A DNA stretch of 24,316 nt from a virus (Duplodnaviria; Caudoviricetes). This document shows positions 8,195 through 16,135 of this stretch, in pieces. Every line of letters starts with the position of its first letter. Position 1 is the stretch's first letter. The position numbers and the translations under genes are program-made. The stretch covers positions 1-24,316 of IMG/VR virus record IMGVR_UViG_3300032216_001521; one strand, written 5' to 3'. The notes beneath the pieces were generated by a model. The model saw nothing but the letters and a program-made list of their open reading frames with translations. It had not been told where the DNA came from and searched no databases.

Positions 8195-11100
8195 ATGCGT
8201 TTATTTGATGTTTTTTCCTACAACGACCAATTAATAACCGAGTCGGCCGTAACACAATTTGCCAGTGCGGCACATGAAGAATGGCGTAGAAACTTTGACC
8301 CCACAGGTGCCAAGCCCAGGATTAAAAAGAACAGCGACGGCACTGAGGGCGACATTAATGTGCCGTTCAATAAACTGCATCCCGACTGGCAACGAGAAAA
8401 CCTAGCCGCTGGTCAGGCAGCTGAACAGGCTGTGAAAAAATTTCCCAATGACATTGAAAAGGCCGCAGAGTATATCCATATTGAATGGATGAAACGTAAT
8501 CCTAAAGCTGATTACAATGCTGCACAGCATGTGCCATACGATGCTTTGCCCGAAGATGAAAAAGAAAAAGACCGTGTGCATGTTCGTACCATGATGCAAC
8601 TGATGGGACATCGTCCCGAGCAAGGTGTGGCGGAAGGCTTGAATGAATTTGCTCAGGGATCGGGTGGCGGTGAATCGGGACGTTGGTACACGGATGACCA
8701 AATGACTGACATAGTAGGCGATGGATGGTGGCAAGACATGGATGTCAGCGAACATACATTTTGGATACTTGATTCAGAAGTGCCAAAAGAATACATGATC
8801 CAACAAGCACAAGCCTGGTTGGATGACCAAGGCTATAGTGTTCAAGTACTGAATTGTCGAGTAAATGATGATGACATGGATTGGTTCATTGAAGGCAGTT
8901 TCCATAATCCTGGCTTTGCTAAAAAAGGTGTGGCGGAAGGCATACTAGGTTCAGATCCAAATCGTGGACAGAAAGTTCCTGGGTGGGCCAAGGGAGGTAT
9001 CATAGGAAAGATAGGTCGCAAGTTAGATCCAGCCTGGAGTGATATCCAAATGACTGTTCCTCAGCACCTACTATCTAAGCAATCTAGTGTACCTGCTGCA
9101 AAATCACCAGCCGCTAAAGACATGCCCAAAGCCGCGGCGGTTACTCCTACTAGAGCGATTCCACAGAGCGTAGGAACCAAACCATCACTGCCGGTGACGA
9201 AGAATGTTGTAAAAACAATAGCAGATAAGCCAGGCGTGGAGGAGGCTGCACAAGGGCATACCATTGAAGCACACGGTATTCGTGGCATGGATCGTCGCAC
9301 CTGGCACAAGACTTTTCGGAACTCGGACCAAATGACGGCCTGGGCCGAAAAGTATGATGCAGAGATTCTAGGCACCCGTAATCTAGAACAAGCACAGCAC
9401 GGTAACTTATCTCCTGCTGAGCAAGGCGTAGACGAAACTGCTAAATTACGCGACAAGCGTGATAGATTCAAAAGCATACACAAGCCGGACCTGGTGGAAA
9501 CAGAACCAACACATCGCATTGGTGTTACTGTAACTGACCCCAATCACCCCATGGTCGGCAAGCGAGGCGAAACTGTTCAGAAGAGTATACGTGTAAAACA
9601 CACAGACCGTGATGCGGCAATCGCTAGAGCTGTCGCACACTATCGTCGCAAAGGATATAAGGTACATGACCATCACTACATGGGCACTGTTGATCAAGAT
9701 GTCGCAGAAGGCGACTTTGGTCCAGCAGCCACTGCCGCAATACAACAGGGGAAAAGCCCAAGCGATGTTGCATATGCCGCCACTAAGGACGTACAAAATA
9801 CAGCACGATCATTAAAAATTCAGCAAGATGTTGCCAACGGCGATGATCCTACATTGACCAATGCTGGCAACGCTGCACGCCGTGCTGGTAATACTTCGGT
9901 AGAAGAGGCGCAAGGTGTAGCGGAGAACGACACTGCTAAAGATGTTAACAAGTTCTTTAATAATGTTTACGATCCTGTTTTCACTAATCTACAGCGAGTA
10001 GCATTACTTGCTATGCAAGGTAGACAACAGGAAGCATCTGGACAGTTACGTTCAGTAATCAAAGATGCCGATCCCGCAGTACAAAAACGAATTATCGATG
10101 CTGTAAACAGTATCAAACCTGTGACAATCAATGGCAAGATAGCCGATTCCAGCACCATAGACAAGAGCAAACAGCATCAAGATTGGATCATCAACACATT
10201 TATTCCTTGGGTACAATCTCAATTGGGCGAGCACAGTATAGACGAATCTAATGTGTTCACTGATGCCAGAATGAATGCTATCAAAGCAGACCAAGACACA
10301 TTTGTAGTACACGGTAAAAAATATCCAGTAACCGGTGACACTACAGATGAAAAACAAGCAGGGTTTAACGAAGATTGGAACAAGGTCAATCATCATGATC
10401 GCACCAACGGACTCAGTCAAAAAGCAGTCAATGCTTATCGTAGAGAGCACCCTGGTAGTAAATTGAAAACTGCTGTCACTACCAAGCCCAGTAAACTCAA
10501 GCCCGGTAGCAAAGCTGCCAAGCGCCGCAAGAGTTTCTGTGCTAGAATGTCGGGTAACAAAGGGCCAATGAAGAAGCCCAATGGCAAGCCCACACCTAAA
10601 GCCCTGGCACTGCGTAGATGGCACTGCGAGAGTGTTGAAGAAATGCAACAGATGATTGCACGTGGCGAGCAGATGATTGCTGAAATGAAACAGCAGCATC
10701 TCGGTGAAGAGTGGAGCCAAAAATACAAGAACAGTATCAATTGTAGTCATCCCAAGGGATTCAGCCAGAAGGCCCATTGTGCTGGCAAGCGCAAGCACAA
10801 CGAATCAATTGAGATGGAAATGGTGTGCGAAGACTGTGGCATGTGTCAGTCACATGGCAATCTAAATGAGATCAAGAAGGGTGAAAAAGATTCAAATGGC
10901 TACACTCGTTGCTGGCCAGGCAAACATGCAGTAGGTACTAAGAAAGGTAAGAATGGCGGCCAGGTTCGCAACTGTAAACCTAATGAAGGTGTGGCGGAAG
11001 GCAAGGGTCTAGCCAAGAAGGTAAAAGTTGTCAAAGGCGAACACGCTGGTAAGACAGGTTGGATTAGAGAAATTAAGCACGGTGCCTTTAAAGGTGCCCC

Positions 11101-12052
11101 AAAAACCTATTACATTGATTTAGACGATGGCGGGCAAGCCAACAATCTACCTGCTACAGCATTACGTTTGGTTAAAGAGCAAGGTGTGGCGGAAGCCGGT
11201 ACCAGTGCCGCAGTTAGATTGGGCCGTGCTATTGAACGCACACAAGGTAAAACAGCAGCCAGTCAGGCACGATCAGTCATCCCATCAAGCATTCCTAAAA
11301 AAGAAGAGCCCAAGAAGGATGAGAAGAAAGTTGATGAAGCGTTTTCATTACCCACAATGGACGATGTCAAGGCCAAACTGCTAAAAATAAAAGCCGCACT
11401 GGGTCAAGAAGCCGACGAAACTAAACAAATGTTTGGTACCTATGTAAAACATTCTCGTGGTCAAGCCAGCGACCAAGAAATGGCGGCAGCCAACGAACAA
11501 CTTAAAGATGTACTAAGAGGCGTGGGCATGGGAGTATTTGCGCTAGTGCCTGGGCACATAATCACAGTTCCACTGTTATTTGGTCTTGCTAAAAAGTACA
11601 ACATACAACTATTGCCCAGTGCATTTAGAAGTGAGCCTGCCCCACAGGCACAACCTGTAGCAGAAGGAATACAAGTCGGTGATGGATTCATCATCGAGTG
11701 CGGCGACAGTGCCATTGAAACTGTAGTGCTAGGTGACTATCATGATGGCATACTAATTGAGTTTGATCATACTGCCACCTTCATGTTAATTGATCATGGC
11801 ATCACACTAACCGAAGCCGAGTATCAAGGACACAACGTACCACTGGGCAAGCCCATGCAGGGCGATGTCAAGAAAAGCAAAGTCTACGTTAAAAAGCCCA
11901 ACGGCAATGTAGTCAAAGTCAATTTTGGCGACAAGAACATGACTATCAAAAAGCACTTGCCCAAGCACAGAAAAAGCTATAGAGCTAGACACCACTGTGA
12001 GAACCCTGGACCCAAGTGGAAAGCCAATTACTGGAGTTGCCGTGCTTGGTAA
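8195..12052 (+). CDS. modular polyprotein 2 (1285 aa): RyR-like repeats, unknown modules, basic Cys-rich modules, KOW/SH3-like, LETM1-like, C-terminal basic Cys/Trp module
   Basis: Single ORF; domains bounded by GVAE-type linkers; motifs HEEW...VPFNKL and HIEW...VPYDALPEDEKEKDR, VKVVKGEHAGKTGWI, QLKDVLR...VPG...LLPSAF. Confidence 0.88.
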   Translation: MRLFDVFSYNDQLITESAVTQFASAAHEEWRRNFDPTGAKPRIKKNSDGTEGDINVPFNKLHPDWQRENLAAGQAAEQAVKKFPNDIEKAAEYIHIEWMKRNPKADYNAAQHVPYDALPEDEKEKDRVHVRTMMQLMGHRPEQGVAEGLNEFAQGSGGGESGRWYTDDQMTDIVGDGWWQDMDVSEHTFWILDSEVPKEYMIQQAQAWLDDQGYSVQVLNCRVNDDDMDWFIEGSFHNPGFAKKGVAEGILGSDPNRGQKVPGWAKGGIIGKIGRKLDPAWSDIQMTVPQHLLSKQSSVPAAKSPAAKDMPKAAAVTPTRAIPQSVGTKPSLPVTKNVVKTIADKPGVEEAAQGHTIEAHGIRGMDRRTWHKTFRNSDQMTAWAEKYDAEILGTRNLEQAQHGNLSPAEQGVDETAKLRDKRDRFKSIHKPDLVETEPTHRIGVTVTDPNHPMVGKRGETVQKSIRVKHTDRDAAIARAVAHYRRKGYKVHDHHYMGTVDQDVAEGDFGPAATAAIQQGKSPSDVAYAATKDVQNTARSLKIQQDVANGDDPTLTNAGNAARRAGNTSVEEAQGVAENDTAKDVNKFFNNVYDPVFTNLQRVALLAMQGRQQEASGQLRSVIKDADPAVQKRIIDAVNSIKPVTINGKIADSSTIDKSKQHQDWIINTFIPWVQSQLGEHSIDESNVFTDARMNAIKADQDTFVVHGKKYPVTGDTTDEKQAGFNEDWNKVNHHDRTNGLSQKAVNAYRREHPGSKLKTAVTTKPSKLKPGSKAAKRRKSFCARMSGNKGPMKKPNGKPTPKALALRRWHCESVEEMQQMIARGEQMIAEMKQQHLGEEWSQKYKNSINCSHPKGFSQKAHCAGKRKHNESIEMEMVCEDCGMCQSHGNLNEIKKGEKDSNGYTRCWPGKHAVGTKKGKNGGQVRNCKPNEGVAEGKGLAKKVKVVKGEHAGKTGWIREIKHGAFKGAPKTYYIDLDDGGQANNLPATALRLVKEQGVAEAGTSAAVRLGRAIERTQGKTAASQARSVIPSSIPKKEEPKKDEKKVDEAFSLPTMDDVKAKLLKIKAALGQEADETKQMFGTYVKHSRGQASDQEMAAANEQLKDVLRGVGMGVFALVPGHIITVPLLFGLAKKYNIQLLPSAFRSEPAPQAQPVAEGIQVGDGFIIECGDSAIETVVLGDYHDGILIEFDHTATFMLIDHGITLTEAEYQGHNVPLGKPMQGDVKKSKVYVKKPNGNVVKVNFGDKNMTIKKHLPKHRKSYRARHHCENPGPKWKANYWSCRAW

Positions 12053-12056
12053 GCAG

Positions 12057-12064
12057 GATAAATA
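12057..12064 (+). promoter_or_regulatory. late-type promoter box GATAAATA
   Basis: Intergenic, only 5 nt before ATG 12070. Confidence 0.65.
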
Positions 12065-12069
12065 ACACT

Positions 12070-12537
12070 ATGGAAGAACTACAAAAAGCCGCTAAAATTG
12101 GATTTGCCAGTGAATTCAGTTTCTACTTGAAAGCACACAATTTCCACTGGAACATCGAAGGAATTCACTTCCAAGAATTACACTCGCTATTTGAAACCAT
12201 CTATGATGAAGTTTACGGTAGCATAGACCCTTTCGCAGAAAACATACGCAAGCTCAATGCCTATACACCAGCTAGTCTGGCACGTTTTAGTATGTTAAGT
12301 ACTATTGACGATGAAAACGAAATGTTAGGCCCAACAGAAATGTTGCAGGAATTGCTCGACGATTCCGATAAGATGGTGCGTGTACTCAAGATGATTTACG
12401 ATATCGCCGAACGTGAAGGCGAACATGGTTTCAGCAACTTCCTAGCTGAACGCATGGATGCACACCGTAAACACAGCTGGCAACTGCGAGCCAGTTTAAA
12501 AACTCGTGATCATGAGCCTCCTGCCCTGGAGGCGTAA
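12070..12537 (+). CDS. dps: Dps / ferritin-like DNA-protecting protein (155 aa)
   Basis: KAHNFHWNIEGIHFQELHSLFETIY...IDPFAENIR ferroxidase signature and H.KH.WQLRA C-terminus. Start moved to ATG 12070 because the track's GTG 12016 lies inside the upstream gene. Confidence 0.93.
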   Translation: MEELQKAAKIGFASEFSFYLKAHNFHWNIEGIHFQELHSLFETIYDEVYGSIDPFAENIRKLNAYTPASLARFSMLSTIDDENEMLGPTEMLQELLDDSDKMVRVLKMIYDIAEREGEHGFSNFLAERMDAHRKHSWQLRASLKTRDHEPPALEA

Positions 12538-15218
12538 TGAGACTACACGACTTTGATAGTGTATATGAAAACATGGACCACAGCAAGGATGGCCGGGCTG
12601 TGCCTGAGCTCAAGGCCGCGCTAACTGCACACAGCAAAGAAATACAATCGGCTACAGACGATCAAGTCTATGACATAATTGATCGTATGATGACTCGCAT
12701 TGCCAAGAGTCATGGCATCAGCGGACAAAAACTACACGACATGTGGGTTGACAAGTATGGTCAAATACCCGACACCTGGGTAATGAAAATCAAAGAAAAC
12801 TTAGAAAAAGGTGTGACCGAAGAATTCACCAACTACCAAGGGCTTAGAACTCCTAAAAATGAACCTGGGGTGAATTTATTTCCAGGTAAGGACATAGTAG
12901 GTCGTCGTGTATATCATTGTACTAATAATCTCGAAGCAATCAAAAAAAGCGGTGGATTAAAACCCAGGCGTGATGCTACAGGCGAACGAGAGTACGGTCG
13001 TTTGAGCACAGATAAGCATCCATTCATTCCTGTAATAGGTGTTTGGTTTAGTGTAGGCAAACCAGACTGGGTTGGCAAGCACTGTTTGAGTTTTGTTATA
13101 GAACCCACAGATCAAGTATACGTGGCCTACACCAACACCAAGGGATTGTATCCAAATGTTGTTTTAAATCCCATCGCATTAGATAGATTGACCGTAGAAG
13201 ATCAGCAAGGTGTGGCGGAGGCCACAGGCGATAAGCGATTTGATAGTATGATGGGACAGATCCAGCGAGAGCCCACTATCCCCGACTCACAAATGCCGCC
13301 AACTGATGTACGAGATCTACATGCCTGGGCAGTAAAAAACAACAAGCCATATCATAAAATCTTTGCCGGGTGGGCCATGAGAGAAGGATACAAGTCTGTT
13401 GCACCAGCATTGCAGAAAGCTGGCAATTTGGATAGTGATGCTTTAGATTACTGGACCCCCGATGTTTGGAAACTGTGGTATGGTCCTGATGCAGAAATGC
13501 CCCGTCACTGGAGCAAACAGCGTGTGCCCGATGAATTGAGAGATTATCTTGAAACTGTGTTCGATGCATACGATCGCATAGTGTTTGATTGGCCCACAGA
13601 ATATCGTCAGATCAAAGAACAAGGTGTGGCGGAAGGCTCACTAAACGAATTTGCTGTTGAACCATCAGATGGCGGAGATGACGATGAATATGATTTACTA
13701 GTTAAATTAGTCAAAATGTGGTGGACGGGTAATGAACAGCAACATTTTAAGGCAGAAAAAACATTAGCATCAATGGGAATTTCTATTGAAGAAAATGATC
13801 CAGATATCATTCTACACAGAGGTAAACAATTCCTCACATTCCCTATGGATGATTTCCAGCAAGGTGTGGCGGAGGGCTCCAGTGATACTATCTACCCTAA
13901 CGCAGAAGTAATCAAAAGTAAGAACGGTAAGCCGGTAGGTGAGATTTATCAAGACGGTAACAGTTGGGGTTGCTTCCACTATCGTGCTGATCGTGGATAT
14001 GATCTTATTGATAGTAGAGAAGAAGCCATTGAAGCACTCAAAGACTTACATCAGGAAACAGGTCGCAGTCGTCCAGACTATACTATCAAAGGTGTGGCGG
14101 AGGCGTTTGATACCCCACTTCCAATAACATGGGAAAAGGGTATGCACGGTGATGTTGATGCACTTGCCAAATTACCCGATGGATCAAATTTAAGCATTAT
14201 GTTTAATAAACAAGATAATATTAAACCCGATGACAAGACATGGATGGTTGAATTTTATAGAAACAACAGTCAAGAAGTAACAGGTGAGGGTGACGCACAA
14301 AAAGTATTTTCTACTGTGTTAGTTGCTATTCAACAATTTATTAAAAAATACAAACCACTAAAAATCTATTTCTCAGCAAGCAAAGAAATGGATCCAGGTA
14401 TAAATTATGGCCCAGATGATGTTGTGCCTAATCCCGAAAGTCGTGCCAAGCTATATGATAGAATGGTACTGCGTTATGCTAAATCTTGGGGATATAAGTT
14501 TTTCCGTGCTGATAACGGTTCTTCTGTTGTATATCAATTGTCTAGGATGAAATCAAATGTAGCGGAAGCAGAAGCAGCCACCAAGAACAGCAATGCAATC
14601 TGGCGCCAACTCAAAGCAGCTGGTTATCAATATGTTGCCAGTGGTGCTGACGCCACTGTATGGGCCAAGGATGAAAGCCATGTGATCAAGATATTGATGC
14701 CAGAAGACTTGGGCAACAAGGCAGAACAGGTATTCCGCAAGTTTTATGAAACAGCTATCAAACACCAAGATCTAGCATGCCTGCCAAAATTCAATGAAGT
14801 CAACACCATCGACATCAATGGTAAGGACTATCTTCAAATTGAGATGGAGAGGCTACAGCCCATTGAAAAAGGCACTTTCACAGAAGGTGTTGTTTGGTTC
14901 TTCAGTGACTATTGTCAGGCACAATCATCATGGGATCAAGTGGATCATGCCCTGGGATTATCCACTACCTGGGATTGGTATCCGTACGCCAAGGGTTCAA
15001 AGAATCTTGCTGCACAGTGCAGCAAGCAATGGCAAGATTTAATGTACAATAAACGATCCTACGCTATGTACAAACAGCTATATAATGTAATGAAGCTATT
15101 GTATACAACAGGTACGATTAATCGTTATGGATGGGATTTGCACACAGCCAATGTCATGCAACGGGGCAACGGGCAGCCGGTGATCATTGATCCGTGGTTC
15201 AGTGAAGGAACATCATGA
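12537..15218 (+). CDS. modular polyprotein 3 (893 aa): helical module, ADP-ribosyltransferase-like module, three unknown modules, a repeated alpha/beta domain, C-terminal protein kinase-like domain
   Basis: Six GV(A/T)E/NVAE junctions; YHCT...I...GLKP...GVWFS; ASGADATVW, VIK, WDLHTANVM, IIDP. Confidence 0.88.
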   Translation: MRLHDFDSVYENMDHSKDGRAVPELKAALTAHSKEIQSATDDQVYDIIDRMMTRIAKSHGISGQKLHDMWVDKYGQIPDTWVMKIKENLEKGVTEEFTNYQGLRTPKNEPGVNLFPGKDIVGRRVYHCTNNLEAIKKSGGLKPRRDATGEREYGRLSTDKHPFIPVIGVWFSVGKPDWVGKHCLSFVIEPTDQVYVAYTNTKGLYPNVVLNPIALDRLTVEDQQGVAEATGDKRFDSMMGQIQREPTIPDSQMPPTDVRDLHAWAVKNNKPYHKIFAGWAMREGYKSVAPALQKAGNLDSDALDYWTPDVWKLWYGPDAEMPRHWSKQRVPDELRDYLETVFDAYDRIVFDWPTEYRQIKEQGVAEGSLNEFAVEPSDGGDDDEYDLLVKLVKMWWTGNEQQHFKAEKTLASMGISIEENDPDIILHRGKQFLTFPMDDFQQGVAEGSSDTIYPNAEVIKSKNGKPVGEIYQDGNSWGCFHYRADRGYDLIDSREEAIEALKDLHQETGRSRPDYTIKGVAEAFDTPLPITWEKGMHGDVDALAKLPDGSNLSIMFNKQDNIKPDDKTWMVEFYRNNSQEVTGEGDAQKVFSTVLVAIQQFIKKYKPLKIYFSASKEMDPGINYGPDDVVPNPESRAKLYDRMVLRYAKSWGYKFFRADNGSSVVYQLSRMKSNVAEAEAATKNSNAIWRQLKAAGYQYVASGADATVWAKDESHVIKILMPEDLGNKAEQVFRKFYETAIKHQDLACLPKFNEVNTIDINGKDYLQIEMERLQPIEKGTFTEGVVWFFSDYCQAQSSWDQVDHALGLSTTWDWYPYAKGSKNLAAQCSKQWQDLMYNKRSYAMYKQLYNVMKLLYTTGTINRYGWDLHTANVMQRGNGQPVIIDPWFSEGTS

Positions 15219-16123
15219 CATGTTTAGTATTAACTCTAACAAATGGATTGACACAAAAAGAAATATACTTTGACATATTTGAGACCGGCATTGCAAAAAA
15301 ATGGGCTGTTGAAGTTGGTAAAAACTACACCATTTATGAGAGTGATAGATTTGTAAATTGGACAAATAATAAAAAAAATAAAGATTACTACATCACTGAG
15401 TTGAATAAGCAAATGCAGGTAGTAGACAGTTACTGCCCAACTATTATACCTTTCTTTTTCCAACCAGATCAAATAAATCAAACCACATTTAATATTCTAC
15501 ATAAGTTCTTTGAAGACACAAGAGGACCAATTGAGGATCCTCCAGAGTTTTACAAAACAGCACCACGTGAGGTACAGGAAGCAGTTAACAGATTCAATGT
15601 AATGATACACGAATTTGAAAGCTGCGTGTTTAACGAGCGGTTGAATAATGAACATCCGCAATCTAGAGTAGTTGTAACATTTAACAACCGAGTGAGACAT
15701 GGGTTGACTGATGATGATTACAAACATTTTACCATGAAGTGGATATTTGGTAACGTGTATGTCAACTACTGCGAAGTTGGTAAAGCCATACTCGACGTCA
15801 TCAAAGATAAAGATACGCATGTCGGCACTGATAACATTAGACCGCAACGCCATTACAGTGCCGATTTTCAAGTCAAGTTTGCTCCTACAATAAGTGACAG
15901 AGAATATGCTAGAAGAATGTATTGGTTTGACTCAGAGTATGCCAATAAAAAAGATTTCTTTGAAAGTCTAGGGTTCCCGTATAATGATAAATTATCACTG
16001 GGATCCATTCCGGTCGCCAGTCTAAATCGAGACCGCAGTGGATTTGTGGGCCTGTCTGATTTTGAAATAATAACCAGTTTAGGTGACTTTGACTCTGTAT
16101 TCAAAACAGAAATCAAAGAATAA
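15215..16123 (+). CDS. hypothetical protein (302 aa), AT-rich
   Basis: Long ORF, ATGA-coupled; no motif recognised. Confidence 0.8.
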   Translation: MTCLVLTLTNGLTQKEIYFDIFETGIAKKWAVEVGKNYTIYESDRFVNWTNNKKNKDYYITELNKQMQVVDSYCPTIIPFFFQPDQINQTTFNILHKFFEDTRGPIEDPPEFYKTAPREVQEAVNRFNVMIHEFESCVFNERLNNEHPQSRVVVTFNNRVRHGLTDDDYKHFTMKWIFGNVYVNYCEVGKAILDVIKDKDTHVGTDNIRPQRHYSADFQVKFAPTISDREYARRMYWFDSEYANKKDFFESLGFPYNDKLSLGSIPVASLNRDRSGFVGLSDFEIITSLGDFDSVFKTEIKE

Positions 16124-16126
16124 ATA
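16119..16126 (+). promoter_or_regulatory. late-type promoter box AATAAATA
   Basis: Overlaps the upstream TAA; 9 nt before ATG 16136. Confidence 0.65.
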
Positions 16127-16135
16127 CTATAGATT

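Larger units (their letters stand above)
6976..14570 (+). repeat. dispersed in-frame junction repeat AAGGTGTGGCGGA encoding (Q/K/E)GVAE(G/A)
   Basis: Exact 13-mer at 8622, 8925, 10986, 11181, 13207, 13621, 13861, 14089. Degenerate copies near 6980, 7159, 9230, 9422, 9695, 9911, 11651, 12807, 14556. Confidence 0.95.

Noticed and set aside
8622-8634. Repeat as an E. coli Chi site
   Set aside because: GT-rich but does not match GCTGGTGG; a Chi-like role in another host cannot be assessed here.
12016-12069. N-terminal extension of Dps
   Set aside because: Overlaps the upstream gene and spans the promoter box.
8622-14101. The 13-bp repeats as a CRISPR array
   Set aside because: Repeats are too short, spacing is 195 bp to >2 kb, all lie in frame within ORFs, and there are no cas genes.
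6430-15218. Diversity-generating retroelement or shufflon
   Set aside because: No reverse transcriptase or TR/VR pair seen; all repeats are direct and no invertase is present.
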